Of a stretch of 64,000 bases of DNA, positions 26,195 to 36,910 are shown piece after piece. The stretch's first letter is position 1. The number at the start of each line of letters is the position of its first letter. Under the pieces are notes generated by a model, which was not told the DNA's origin, made no database searches, and saw only the letters and a program-made list of their open reading frames with translations. Position numbers and translations under genes: made by a program. Source of the stretch: Pseudomonadales bacterium (GTDB lineage: Bacteria; Pseudomonadota; Gammaproteobacteria; Pseudomonadales; UBA5518); the NCBI GenBank assembly GCA_024234165.1, contig JACKOP010000005.1:123409-187408 (forward strand), read 5' to 3'.

Positions 26195-27613
26195 ATGAAG
26201 CATCCCGTACTCGCCTGGCAGCACCGCCTCCTGCCCGCCGTGCTGCTCGGCTTTGGCCTCGCGCTCGGCAGCGCCGTCAGCAACGCGCAGCTCGATGACG
26301 CCGATTCCACCGCCGATGAACCACAGCAGAGCGGCGAGCTGCCGCTCACGGAACTGCGCGTGTTCGTCGACGTGTTCGAGCAGATCCGCAAGTCCTACGT
26401 CGAAGAGGTGGACGACCGCACGCTGCTGGAGAACGCCATCAAGGGCATGCTGAACGGGCTCGACCCGCACTCGGCGTACCTCGACGAGCAAGCGTTCGAG
26501 GACCTGCGCGAGACCACGACCGGCGAATTCGGCGGTGTCGGGCTCGAAGTCGCCGGTGACGAAACCGGCTTCGTGCGCGTGATCACCCCGATCGACGACA
26601 CCCCGGCACAGGCAGCAGGAATCGAGAGTGGTGACCTGATCGTCGAGATCGACGGCAAGAGCGTGAAGGGAATCGGCATCAACGAGGCGATCACGAAGAT
26701 GCGGGGAGCCAAAGGCTCGAAAATCGCACTGACGCTGATGCGCGAAGGTCGCAGCGCCCCGCTCACGGTCACGCTGACGCGCGACCTGATCCGCGTGCAG
26801 AGCGTGCGCGGACGCTTTCTCGAACCCGGCTTTGCCTATCTGCGCATCGCGCAGTTCCAGAACGAGACCGGCGCCGATCTGCACGCGACGATCACGCGCC
26901 TGAAGAAGGAAGGCGTGGTGCGTGGCGCCATCCTGGACCTGCGCAACAATCCGGGTGGTGTGCTGCAGTCCTCGGTCGAAGTCGCCGACGCGTTCCTCGA
27001 CGACGGCCTCATCGTCTATACGGAAGGCCGTGTCGACAACGCCCGTTCGCGTTTCAGCGCCAGCCCCGGTGACGACCTCGACGGGACCCCCCTCGTCGTG
27101 CTGATCAACGGCGGCTCTGCATCGGCCTCGGAGATCGTCGCCGGAGCGCTGCAGGACCAGCACCGCGCGATCATCGTCGGCACCGACAGCTTCGGCAAGG
27201 GATCGGTACAGACCGTACTGCCGCTCAGCGAGAAACGTGCGATCAAACTGACCACGGCGCGCTACTTCACGCCGTCCGGACGTTCGATCCAGGCACAGGG
27301 AATCACTCCCGATATCGTCGTCGAGCGAGCCCAGGTCACCGCGATTGCGGCTGCACCGCGCGTCAGCGAGGCCGACCTGGCGCGCCACCTGCGCAACGGC
27401 AACGGCAAGGAGGACAAGGGGCGCAGCGCGCGTGCCAGCGACCCCGCCGTCAGCGATCTGCGCGCGCAGGACAACCAGCTCTACGAGGCGCTGCACCTGC
27501 TGAAAGGCATCGTGCTCTCGCGCGGCGCACGTGACTCGGCGGCGAGAGAGCAGTCACGCGCGACCGGTTCGTCATCGCACGACCAATATGGATCACGAAT
27601 CCCTGCCGGATGA
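26195..27613 (+). CDS. ctpA: Carboxy-terminal processing protease (S41 family, PDZ domain)
   Basis: Signal peptide, a PDZ region (GGVGLEV...GDLIVEIDG), and an S41 core GGVL...VLINGGSASASEIVAGALQD...GTDSFGKGSVQ. Confidence 0.85.
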   Translation: MKHPVLAWQHRLLPAVLLGFGLALGSAVSNAQLDDADSTADEPQQSGELPLTELRVFVDVFEQIRKSYVEEVDDRTLLENAIKGMLNGLDPHSAYLDEQAFEDLRETTTGEFGGVGLEVAGDETGFVRVITPIDDTPAQAAGIESGDLIVEIDGKSVKGIGINEAITKMRGAKGSKIALTLMREGRSAPLTVTLTRDLIRVQSVRGRFLEPGFAYLRIAQFQNETGADLHATITRLKKEGVVRGAILDLRNNPGGVLQSSVEVADAFLDDGLIVYTEGRVDNARSRFSASPGDDLDGTPLVVLINGGSASASEIVAGALQDQHRAIIVGTDSFGKGSVQTVLPLSEKRAIKLTTARYFTPSGRSIQAQGITPDIVVERAQVTAIAAAPRVSEADLARHLRNGNGKEDKGRSARASDPAVSDLRAQDNQLYEALHLLKGIVLSRGARDSAAREQSRATGSSSHDQYGSRIPAG

Positions 27614-27709
27614 TTGACACGACTCGAAAGTTCGTGCGAACGTGACCTCCAGAATCGGAGCGCATCGCGAAAGACCAGGATCAGAAACGCGCTCGCAGAT
27701 CGGTTACGG

Positions 27710-27961
27710 ATGCAAGGCATGGACACGAATCGCAATGGCGAGTCCGGAACGGTACCCATTCGTACCGACAGGTTCTTCGCCGTCAACAGCGCCTGGTACT
27801 TCGCAACGCGCGAAGGCGCCTCGATCGGTCCTTTCGAAACCAAGCACGAGGCTGTCGGGGGGTTGCAGGACTTCCTCGATTTCATCCAGCTCGCCGAACC
27901 GCAGGTGCTGTCCACGTTCTACGCGTCGCTGCACTCCGCTGCCAGCAGACGCGCGCACTAG
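27710..27961 (+). CDS. Small conserved hypothetical protein (DUF6316-like by memory)
   Basis: [42 protein letters not shown] resembles a small family I recall as DUF6316. The start codon is uncertain (ATG at 27710 or 27719). Confidence 0.4.
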   Translation: MQGMDTNRNGESGTVPIRTDRFFAVNSAWYFATREGASIGPFETKHEAVGGLQDFLDFIQLAEPQVLSTFYASLHSAASRRAH

Positions 27962-27971
27962 CGGCAACGCA

Positions 27972-28745
<774 letters not shown>

Positions 28746-28746
28746 C

Positions 28747-29490
28747 TCAGTCAGCTCCTGTATTCGCATCGCACCACGCCTGGGCGCTCGCCAGATCCAG
28801 CGTACCCTCGTACAGCGCCCGCCCGCTGATCGCACCGACGATACCGCTGCCGCCCTCGCGCGCCAGCAGGCGGATGTCCTCGATCGTGGTCACGCCCCCC
28901 GAGGCGATCACCGGAATGCCGCCGGCTTCGGCCAGCCGGCGCGTGGCGCCGATGTTGAGCCCCTGCATCATGCCGTCGCGGTCGATATCGGTGTAGACGA
29001 TCGCCGCCACCCCGGCAGCAGCGAAACGCCGTGCCAGATCGACCGCAGCGACACGCGACACCTCGGCCCAGCCGTCGGTCGCGACCATGCCGTCACGCGC
29101 ATCGATACCGACGATCACACGCTGCGGGAAGTCGCGGCACAGCGCGGCGACGAAGTCCGGGTCGCGGACCGCGAGCGTACCGACGATCACCCAGCGCACG
29201 CCGGCCTCCAGGTAACTGGCTGCAATCTCACGCGAGCGGATACCGCCACCGATCTGTACCGGCAGGTCGGGAAACGCCCGGGTGATCGCGCGCACCGCGT
29301 CGCCGTTGACCGGCTCACCGGCAAAGGCGCCGTTCAGGTCGACGAGATGCAAGCGCCGCGCACCTTCACGCACCCAGCGCGCTGCCATCGCGACCGGGTC
29401 GTCGCCGAATACCGTCGAGTCGTCCATGCGCCCCTGGCGCAGGCGCACGCACTTGCCGTCCTTCAGGTCGATGGCGGGGATGATCAGCAT
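28747..29490 (-). CDS. hisA: ProFAR isomerase HisA
   Basis: ATG at 29488-29490: [20 protein letters not shown]...VIASGGV. Confidence 0.95.
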   Translation of the reverse strand: MLIIPAIDLKDGKCVRLRQGRMDDSTVFGDDPVAMAARWVREGARRLHLVDLNGAFAGEPVNGDAVRAITRAFPDLPVQIGGGIRSREIAASYLEAGVRWVIVGTLAVRDPDFVAALCRDFPQRVIVGIDARDGMVATDGWAEVSRVAAVDLARRFAAAGVAAIVYTDIDRDGMMQGLNIGATRRLAEAGGIPVIASGGVTTIEDIRLLAREGGSGIVGAISGRALYEGTLDLASAQAWCDANTGAD

Positions 29491-30140
29491 GCGCTCTCCC
29501 TGGTGCGCCCGTCCCAGGCGACGAAGTTCGCGAGCAGTTGCAGGCCCGCCGTATGGCTTTTTTCCGGATGGAACTGCACCGCAAACAGATTCCCGCGCGC
29601 CAGTGCCGCCGCGAAATCCACTCCGTAGCGGCAGTTGCCTGCGACCATCGCGCGCTGCGTGGCCTCGACGTAGTAGCTGTGCACGAAATAGAACCGCGCG
29701 TGTTCCGGGATCCCGCGCCACAGCGGATGCGCTGCCTGGCGCACCCCGTTCCACCCCATGTGCGGCACCTTCAGCCGCTGGCCCTGTGCGTCGTGCAGTT
29801 CCTGCCCGAAGTGTCGCACACGCCCGGACAGGATACCCAGGCAACGGGTGCCGCCGTTCTCCTCGCTGCTGTCCATCAGAGCCTGCATGCCGGCGCAGAT
29901 CGCGAGCAACGGCTTCTCGTCAGCAGCACGGCGCAACGGTTCGAGCAGACCCCGGCGCGCCAGCCCGTCCATGCAGTCACGGATCGCGCCCACACCCGGA
30001 AACACCACGCGCTCGGCGCCGTCGATCAGCGCCGGATCAGCGCTGACGACGATATCGGCGTCGGGCGCCACGCACGCCAGCGCCTTCGCGACCGAGTGCA
30101 GATTGCCCATGCCATAGTCGACCACCACGACTCGCTGCAT
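29484..30140 (-). CDS. hisH: Imidazole glycerol phosphate synthase glutaminase subunit HisH
   Basis: [18 protein letters not shown], the catalytic Cys in [11 protein letters not shown], and FHPEKS. Confidence 0.95.
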   Translation of the reverse strand: MQRVVVVDYGMGNLHSVAKALACVAPDADIVVSADPALIDGAERVVFPGVGAIRDCMDGLARRGLLEPLRRAADEKPLLAICAGMQALMDSSEENGGTRCLGILSGRVRHFGQELHDAQGQRLKVPHMGWNGVRQAAHPLWRGIPEHARFYFVHSYYVEATQRAMVAGNCRYGVDFAAALARGNLFAVQFHPEKSHTAGLQLLANFVAWDGRTRESAC

Positions 30141-30149
30141 CGAGGTGGC

Positions 30150-30743
30150 CTACAACAGTCCCTTGGTCGACGGCAGCGCACCGCCGGCACGAGGATCGGT
30201 GGCGACCGCCATGCGCAGCGCGCGACCGAAGGCCTTGAACACCGTCTCCGCCTGGTGGTGCGCGTTCAGCCCTCGCAGGTTGTCGATGTGCAGCGTCACC
30301 GCGGCGTGATTCACGAAGCCCTGGAAAAACTCGCGGCAGAGGTCGACGTCGAACTCGCCGATGCGCGCGCGCGTGAACGGCACGTCGAACGCGAGTCCGG
30401 GACGGCCCGACAGATCGACCACCACCCGCGACAACGCCTCGTCGAGCGGCACGTAGGCGTGCCCGTAGCGCACCAGCCCGGCCTTGTTGCCCAGCGCCCT
30501 TGCAAAGGCCTGCCCGAGCGTGATGCCCACGTCCTCCGCCGTGTGGTGGTCATCGATGTGCAGATCGCCTTCGGCCTGTACCGTGAGATCGAACAGGCCG
30601 TGACGCGCGATCTGGTCGAGCATGTGATCCAGAAACGGGATACCGGAAGCAAGATCGGCCCGCCCCGTACCGTCGAGGTTCACGCGCACGAAGATCTTCG
30701 TTTCCAGGGTATCGCGCTGGACTTCCGCACTGCGCTCGCTCAT
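30150..30743 (-). CDS. hisB: Imidazoleglycerol-phosphate dehydratase HisB (monofunctional)
   Basis: ATG at 30741-30743: [13 protein letters not shown]...IPFLDHML...[11 protein letters not shown]. Confidence 0.95.
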   Translation of the reverse strand: MSERSAEVQRDTLETKIFVRVNLDGTGRADLASGIPFLDHMLDQIARHGLFDLTVQAEGDLHIDDHHTAEDVGITLGQAFARALGNKAGLVRYGHAYVPLDEALSRVVVDLSGRPGLAFDVPFTRARIGEFDVDLCREFFQGFVNHAAVTLHIDNLRGLNAHHQAETVFKAFGRALRMAVATDPRAGGALPSTKGLL

Positions 30744-30870
30744 GTCGGCTGCTCCCGGGCCAGTGGCCGGCAAATGGAGGCGGGATTATAGGGAAGCTGC
30801 CCCGGCTTTTCAGCCGGACGATTCCGCTACAATCCAGCAGCACCAACCGGCCGGCACGGATCCACAATCT

Positions 30871-32967
30871 ATGAAAGCGCTGCTGAAATGGTCTGCAATC
30901 GGCATTGCCACACTGCTCGTGGTCGGCGTCGGCGCCACCTTCGTACTGCGCGCGCTGGTCGACGAGGAGCGACTGCGCACCACGCTGCTGGAGCTGATCA
31001 ATGCCCGCATCGACGGCGAACTGCGCATCGAAGGGCCGCTGCAGGTCGCCGTATGGCCCACGCTCTCGCTGGCGGCGAAGGATATTCATCTGGTCACGCC
31101 GCGCGGCGCCACCCAGGAGCTTGCCAGCGCACGCGAACTGCGCCTCGGCGTGGCGCTGCTGCCACTGCTCAGCGAGGAGCTGCAGGTGCACGAACTGCGC
31201 CTGGCCGGGCTGCGACTGGCCGCAGATTGCGATCGCAGCGGACGCTGCAACTGGGCCGCCCTCGGCGGAACAGGCGCCAACAGCAGCACAGCAGCAGGCA
31301 CCAGCGCCGGTGATGCCGCCGCAGCCCCGCTTGCGCTCGGCATCGAACGCATCCACATCGACGATGCCGAGCTCGGCTACCGCGATGAACGCGACGGCAC
31401 GCACGTCGAGGTCACGGGACTCACGCTGACCGGTGACGACATCAATTCGCACGGCGAACCGTTCCGGCTGCGCGGCGAAGCGACGATCCGCAGCGGCACC
31501 CCAGCGCGCGAGTTCGTGTTGAACGTGCAGACGGCAGCCAAGATGGACGGCCAGGCGCACACGGTCGCGCTCAGCGATGCACTGCTGCGACTGATTCCTG
31601 CGGGAGCGCCCGCGCTCGAACTCAAGCTGCCCGCGGCGCTGCTCGACCTCGACGCCAGCACGCTCAAGGCAGCGCAGCTCGGCCTGAGCGGGACGGGTCT
31701 CGATGCCAGCGCCTCGCTGGACGCGGGCTGGGGCACGCAGCAGGGCGCGCGGGCACGCGGCAAGCTCGAACTGCAGCGCCTCGACCTGCCCGCGCTGCTC
31801 GGCGCCCTCGGCAGCAGCCTGCCGCCGACGGTGAACGCCGCCGCGCTCACGAAAGTCACGCTGTCCGCCGACTACGCGTACGACTCGGCAAGCCTCGCGC
31901 TGGACACACTGGCACTCACCGCCGGCGAGTTCCACGCCAACGGGCGCGTGCGTCTGGGACTCGGCGAGAAGCTGCGCGTCGATGCGACGCTCGACAGCCC
32001 GCAACTCGACGTCGACTACTTCCTGCCGCCGGCAGAGCCAACCGCCGCCAAGCAGGCGAAATCGGCGGCCGACAGCGGCGACGGCGATCTGAGCGGCGTC
32101 GGCGCCCTGCTCGCGATCGACGGCAGCATCGAAGCACGCATCGGCCACCTGAAGCGCGCACCGCTCGAACTCGACACGCTGCAGGCACGGCTCGCACTCG
32201 GCCCCGGCAAGGCGCGACTCGAACGCCTGCAGGCCGGGCTGTACGGCGGCAAGCTGGACGCGAACGGGGAACTGGTCGCACAGGACGCTGGCGCCAGGAT
32301 GAACGTGGCCGCCACGCTCGCCGGGGTAGACCTCGAACGGCTGCTCGCGCAGACGGCCGACACCCACCGCTTCAGCGGGCGTGTCGACGGTTCGCTGAAA
32401 TTCGCTGCAAACGGTGCGAGCACGGCCGCGCTGCTCGCCTCGCTGGCCGGGCCGCTCGAGCTCACGATCGCCGATCCGGTGATCAAGGATCTCAGCGTCG
32501 AGGAAACGATCTGCAAGGCGGCAGCGACGATCAACCGGGAAAGCCTCAGCGCCCACTTCGAGCCGGTGACGCGCCTGCAGAGCGTCCGTACCACACTCGA
32601 TTTCCACGACGGCGTGGGACAGTTCCGCGAACTCGGGCTGCTGCTGCCGAACATGCGCATGAACGGCCAGGGCAGCGTCGACCTGCCGCGCCAGCGCCTC
32701 GACGTGCACCTCGACGTGCGGGTCACGAACGACCTGGCCGAACGCGACCCGGCGTGCCGCATGAGCCGCAAGATGCTGGCGATCGACTGGCCGCTGCGCT
32801 GCGCCGGCTCCTTCGACGAGGAGCCGAAGAAATGGTGCGGCATCGACCAGGACGGCATCGCGAAGATCGCCGGTCAGATCGCGACCGAAAAGGTGCGGGA
32901 AAAGGTCGAGGACAAGCTGCGCGACAAGCTCAAGGGCAAGCTCGGCAACTTCCTGAACCGTGACTGA
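30871..32967 (+). CDS. asmA: AsmA-family outer-membrane biogenesis protein
   Basis: MKALLKWSAIGIATLLVVGVGATFVLRALV is an N-terminal anchor. It is followed by a long beta-rich body and an AsmA-like C-terminus, and the gene sits upstream of mutY. Confidence 0.8.
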   Translation: MKALLKWSAIGIATLLVVGVGATFVLRALVDEERLRTTLLELINARIDGELRIEGPLQVAVWPTLSLAAKDIHLVTPRGATQELASARELRLGVALLPLLSEELQVHELRLAGLRLAADCDRSGRCNWAALGGTGANSSTAAGTSAGDAAAAPLALGIERIHIDDAELGYRDERDGTHVEVTGLTLTGDDINSHGEPFRLRGEATIRSGTPAREFVLNVQTAAKMDGQAHTVALSDALLRLIPAGAPALELKLPAALLDLDASTLKAAQLGLSGTGLDASASLDAGWGTQQGARARGKLELQRLDLPALLGALGSSLPPTVNAAALTKVTLSADYAYDSASLALDTLALTAGEFHANGRVRLGLGEKLRVDATLDSPQLDVDYFLPPAEPTAAKQAKSAADSGDGDLSGVGALLAIDGSIEARIGHLKRAPLELDTLQARLALGPGKARLERLQAGLYGGKLDANGELVAQDAGARMNVAATLAGVDLERLLAQTADTHRFSGRVDGSLKFAANGASTAALLASLAGPLELTIADPVIKDLSVEETICKAAATINRESLSAHFEPVTRLQSVRTTLDFHDGVGQFRELGLLLPNMRMNGQGSVDLPRQRLDVHLDVRVTNDLAERDPACRMSRKMLAIDWPLRCAGSFDEEPKKWCGIDQDGIAKIAGQIATEKVREKVEDKLRDKLKGKLGNFLNRD

Positions 32968-34060
32968 CACCCTGCCCGACGCCGACACGGCGGCGCACTT
33001 CGCGGCGCGCCTGCTCGCCTGGCACGACACGCACGGCCGCCACGACCTGCCGTGGCAGCGCGACCTCGACCCCTACCGCGTGTGGATATCGGAGATCATG
33101 CTGCAGCAGACGCAGGTGAGCACCGTCATCCCGTACTACGGGCGCTTCATGCAACGCTTCCCCACCCTGCGCGCGCTGGCCGAAGCACCGGAGGACGAGT
33201 TGCTGCACCACTGGACCGGGCTCGGCTACTACGCGCGAGCGCGCAACCTGCATGCTGCCGCGCGCATCGTCTGCGAACGGCACGGCGGCGAGCTCCCGCA
33301 GACGGTCGACGAACTCGCGGCGCTGCCCGGCATCGGCCGCTCCACGGCGGGCGCCATCTGTGCGATCGCGCACGGCATGCGCACGCCGATCCTCGACGGC
33401 AACGTGAAGCGTGTGCTGCTGCGCCAGTTCGCGATCGCCGAGGATCCGGCATCCGCCGCAACGCAGCGCACGCTATGGACTCTGGCCGCGCGGCTCACGC
33501 CTGCCGCTCGCAGCGGCACCTACACGCAGGCGATCATGGACCTGGGCGCGACCGTATGCACTCGCACGCGCCCGGCGTGTGCGCTGTGCCCGCTGGCAAG
33601 CACCTGCCTCGCCCACCTGCACGACGATCCGGCACGCTTCCCGCTGCGCAAGCCCCGCCACCCCGCCCCCGAGCGTCACTGTCAATTGCTGCTGATCCGT
33701 GACGCCAGCGGTGCAGTGCTGCTCGAGAAGCGCCCGCCGCACGGCATCTGGGGCGGTTTGTGGAGCTTTCCGGAAGTCGCTGCGCACGAGGATCCCGCCC
33801 TCGCCTGCGACCGCATCGTGCGCGTCACGCCGCTCGCCACGCACCGCGGCACGCCGTTTCGCCACACCTTCAGCCATTTCCGCCTGGTAGCCACGCCGGT
33901 ATTCCTGGACGTACCCGCCGTGCCCGCGCACGTGCTGGAAGACGATCGCCTGATCTGGTACAAGCCGGGCGGTGCGAACCTCGGTTTCGCGGCACCGGTC
34001 AAGCGCCTGCTCGATGCGTTGCACGAAGCCACCGATACCAGCCCATGGAGCGAGCAATGA
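32960..34060 (+). CDS. mutY: A/G-specific adenine DNA glycosylase MutY
   Basis: GTG start. [22 protein letters not shown], the HhH motif [12 protein letters not shown], the 4Fe-4S motif [17 protein letters not shown], and a NUDIX-like C-terminal domain. Confidence 0.9.
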   Translation: MTDTLPDADTAAHFAARLLAWHDTHGRHDLPWQRDLDPYRVWISEIMLQQTQVSTVIPYYGRFMQRFPTLRALAEAPEDELLHHWTGLGYYARARNLHAAARIVCERHGGELPQTVDELAALPGIGRSTAGAICAIAHGMRTPILDGNVKRVLLRQFAIAEDPASAATQRTLWTLAARLTPAARSGTYTQAIMDLGATVCTRTRPACALCPLASTCLAHLHDDPARFPLRKPRHPAPERHCQLLLIRDASGAVLLEKRPPHGIWGGLWSFPEVAAHEDPALACDRIVRVTPLATHRGTPFRHTFSHFRLVATPVFLDVPAVPAHVLEDDRLIWYKPGGANLGFAAPVKRLLDALHEATDTSPWSEQ

Positions 34061-34338
34061 GCCGTAGCGTGTTCTGCCGCAAGTACCAGCGCGAGATGGA
34101 AGGACTGGCGCAGCCGCCGTTCCCCGGGCCTCGCGGCCAGACGCTGTTCGAGACGGTGTCACGCCAGGCGTGGCAGGAGTGGATGACGTACCAGACGATG
34201 CTGGTCAACGAAAGGCGCCTGAACCTGATGGATCGCGGCACCCGTGCCTTCCTCGAAGAGGAGATGGAGAAGTTCTTCGACAACCGGGAAGTGGCGCGTG
34301 TCGAGGGCTATGTGTCACCTGCGCCGCAGCAGGGATGA
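34057..34338 (+). CDS. yggX: Oxidative-damage protection / Fe(2+)-trafficking protein YggX
   Basis: [52 protein letters not shown]. The start ATGA overlaps the mutY stop. Confidence 0.85.
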   Translation: MSRSVFCRKYQREMEGLAQPPFPGPRGQTLFETVSRQAWQEWMTYQTMLVNERRLNLMDRGTRAFLEEEMEKFFDNREVARVEGYVSPAPQQG

Positions 34339-34418
34339 TCGGCACCGACGACGTCCTGCACCAATGCCTTCCTTGACGCCCGGCGCGGCCACCGAGTTAA
34401 ATACGCGCCTCTTCCGCT

Positions 34419-34494
<76 letters not shown>

Positions 34495-34501
34495 CTCATT
34501 C

Positions 34502-34535
34502 ACGCCCAACCGTTCCCGGTTGGGCGTTTTCGTTT
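34502..34535 (+). terminator. Rho-independent terminator after tRNA-Phe
   Basis: ACGCCCAACCG-TTCC-CGGTTGGGCGT has an 11-bp stem and is followed by TTTCGTTT. Confidence 0.6.
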
Positions 34536-34573
34536 GCGGGCGACCGCCGGTTACGGGCGACCGCCGGTCGCCC

Positions 34574-34764
34574 CTACGGGTGCCCATCGCCTTGGCGGTC
34601 AGCCTGCTCGTAGCGGACAATTTCAACCACCAGGTAGCGAACGGTTTTGGAGAGTTTGATGCACGGCGGGCTGCGTCCCTCGCTACGCCACTTTGCAAGG
34701 TCTTCATGCTGACGCTCCAGCGCAGGGCGAGTTCGGTTTCGGTGAAGGCAGGTTCGGTCAACAT
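34574..34764 (-). pseudogene. Frameshifted small helix-turn-helix (AlpA/MerR-like) gene
   Basis: Frame 1 reads MLTEPAFTETELALRWSVSMKTLQ. After the A-run at 34692-34694 the homologous reading (K)WRSEGRSPPCIKLSKTVRYLVVEIVRYEQ continues in another frame (the track ORF 34574-34834). The intact-looking paralog at 38366-38527 reads ...ATLERWRSEGMGPKFLKL. Confidence 0.6.
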
Positions 34765-34842
34765 GGCAATCCTTTCGTCGTTGGCGTCGGTCATTACGGC
34801 GACGAACGCGAAGGAAGCCAAGCGGAACCCGCACACCACACG

Positions 34843-34926
34843 GGGTTCCGGGCCATCACCAGCAACGCCGAGCACACCCGAGGCGCCAACGAGCTGATCG
34901 ACGTCCTGCGCACCTACATCACGTGA
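34843..34926 (+). pseudogene. Possible 3' remnant of an RcnR/CsoR-type (DmeR-like) metal repressor gene
   Basis: The open frame ends ...HHTGFRAITSNAEHTRGANELIDVLRTYIT*, 7 nt before the CDF start. Its C-terminal pattern resembles RcnR/DmeR tails (..ELxDVxxxYxx). No N-terminal part or start codon is present. Memory-based and weak. Confidence 0.3.
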
Positions 34927-34933
34927 GGGCAGC

Positions 34934-35926
34934 ATGCACACCGAGAACCCTTCCAACCGGATACACGTCCACGTCTTCGACAACGGCAACGAGGCCGCCG
35001 AGCGCAGCACCCGGGTGGTGATGTGGATCACCGCCATCACGATGGTGGTTGAAATTGCCGCCGGCTGGTGGTTCAACTCGATGGCCCTGCTGGCCGATGG
35101 CTGGCACATGAGTTCTCACGCGGTAGCCATCGGCCTTTCGGCTTTCGCCTACGCCACCGCCCGACGGTACGCCCAGGACCCCCGTTTTGCCTTTGGTACG
35201 TGGAAGATCGAGATTCTGGGCGGCTTTGCCAGTGCCATTTTCTTGCTGGGGGTGGCGGCAATGATGCTGGTCGGCTCGGTGGAGCGAATCGTCTCGCCAC
35301 AACCCATCCAGTACCAGGAAGCCATCGTGATTGCGGTCCTCGGGTTGGTGGTGAATATCGTCTGCGCACGGATTCTCGGCAAGGCACACCACCCCGATCA
35401 CGGGCATTCCCATGGACAGGACGGTCATGGAAGCCACGGCCACAGCCACGATCATCACCATGATCTCAACCTGGAATCGGCCTACCTGCACGTGATCGCC
35501 GATGCAGCCACTTCGGTGCTGGCCATCGCGGCACTGCTCGGTGGCTGGATTTTCGGTTGGTCATGGCTCGACCCTCTCATGGGCATCGTCGGCGCCGTGC
35601 TGGTCGCGGTCTGGGCGAAGGGACTGATCGCCGACACGGGCAAGGTGCTGCTCGACCGGGAAATGGATCACCCGGTGGTCAACGACATTCGGGAAGTGGT
35701 GGAAACGGGGCCAGAGGCGGGAGACACCCGGATCACCGACTTGCACGTCTGGCGCGTGGGGAAGAAGGCCTACTCGTGCGCGTTGACGGTAGTGACTCAC
35801 GACCGTGCGCTGACTCCAGACGTCGTGCGCGAACGCCTTTCGGTACACGAGGAGATCGTGCATTCGACCATCGAGATTCACCACTGCACCGAGGTGTCGG
35901 CCACGGCGGTGGCGGTAATGACGTGA
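34934..35926 (+). CDS. Cation diffusion facilitator (CDF) divalent-metal efflux protein, DmeF/CzcD-like
   Basis: SMALLADGWHMSSHAVAIG (TM2 HxxxD-type site), the His-rich loop HHPDHGHSHGQDGHGSHGHSHDHHHD, LHVIADAATSV, and a C-terminal cytoplasmic domain. Confidence 0.85.
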   Translation: MHTENPSNRIHVHVFDNGNEAAERSTRVVMWITAITMVVEIAAGWWFNSMALLADGWHMSSHAVAIGLSAFAYATARRYAQDPRFAFGTWKIEILGGFASAIFLLGVAAMMLVGSVERIVSPQPIQYQEAIVIAVLGLVVNIVCARILGKAHHPDHGHSHGQDGHGSHGHSHDHHHDLNLESAYLHVIADAATSVLAIAALLGGWIFGWSWLDPLMGIVGAVLVAVWAKGLIADTGKVLLDREMDHPVVNDIREVVETGPEAGDTRITDLHVWRVGKKAYSCALTVVTHDRALTPDVVRERLSVHEEIVHSTIEIHHCTEVSATAVAVMT

Positions 35927-36248
35927 AGGCGTCGGCGATGCGGAACTGCACGGTCAGAGCCCTTGCGTCAGTTCGACCAGATCTTGCGGCAACACATCCA
36001 TACCGAGGAGCGTTTGCCGGTCGGACGCCGTCATTCGCGGTGCGATTGCGGCAAACTCGATCCGCCAGTCTGCATAACGAGGGTGTGCGGCAAGGAAGCT
36101 TTCCGCACTGCTGCGCAGCCCGGAGATCGACCCGACCAGCCTCGGCTGCTATCCATGGCGGTTCCTCAGCGGAACTTAAGGTAAAACATTTTACGTTATC
36201 TGCTGGAATCTCATACCTATTTGAATATATTGATATTTCTTGTGATTG

Positions 36249-36884
36249 TTACACCCTGAACACCTTCATCACTTCGTCGCCCAGGTGGTTGATGACCTTC
36301 ACCGCGATGCGCCCCGACGCGGGCTTGTCGAACGGGCGCGAGGTGTCCGAGTTCAACGAGGCCCACGCCTCGGCGTCGATCTCGGCCTTCAAGGTGGTTT
36401 TCAGCGCCTTGTAGGGGTCGTTCGCGCCGAGGAAGCAGGCGTGGCGGCGATGGAAGCGTCCATTTCCTTTTGGCGGGCGATGCGCTGCTGCCACCAGTCG
36501 GTGTGCGCCTGCTTCGCCGCGTCTGGCCACTTGGCGTCCGCCTCGCGCGGGATCTCCCATTCCTGCCATTCGAGAGTGGATGTGGGTCGGGCTTCAGCCC
36601 GACTGTCACTGTGGAGTGTCGGGTTAAAACCCGACCTACCCAGCGCGGCGTTCAGTTGTTTGCGCAGGGTTTCCAGCGTGGGCTGGAACTTGTCCCAGAT
36701 GACGTCGATCTCGGCGTTGCGGGTCCAGATCACGATTGCGCCGCTCCATCGCCACGCGCACGGGTGCCTGCTCGGCCTTGGCCAGCACGGCCTGGTATTC
36801 CGCCGTGGGGATGTTCTTGCGGGTGGCTTCGTCGTGCTTGAGGGCTTCGACGCCGAGTGGAGTTTTGGTTTTCCTGGTGGCCAT
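36249..36884 (-). pseudogene. Multiply deleted, frameshifted remnant of a large N6/N4 DNA methyltransferase (Mod-like)
   Basis: Three pieces in three frames. The N-terminus is MATRKTKTPLGVEALKHDEATRKNIPTAEYQ...RNRDLDPQ (36717-36884). The middle piece is IWTRNAEIDVIWDKF...EWQEWEIPREADAKWPDAAKQAHTDWWQQRIARQKEMDASIAA. The C-terminus is DPYKALKTTLKAEIDAEAWASLNSDTSRPFDKPASGRIAVKVINHLGDEVMKVFRV*. Homologs I recall are about 900-1000 aa, and the catalytic core is missing here. Confidence 0.6.
36586..36635. repeat. REP-like palindromic element doublet (inverted pair)
   Basis: GTCGGGC-TTCA-GCCCGAC (36586-36603) and GTCGGGTT-AA-AACCCGAC (36618-36635). The flanks resemble the GTAGGTCGGG...CCCGACAC REP type of Pseudomonas and Xanthomonas-like genomes. 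The doublet lies inside the methylase remnant. Confidence 0.6.
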
Positions 36885-36910
36885 TTTCAGTTTCGTCTCG
36901 AAGTTGCAAT

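Noticed and set aside
30550-33030. 826-aa minus-strand ORF.
   Set aside because: It is antisense to hisB and asmA. It is repetitive and Arg/Ala-rich, with no domain signature.
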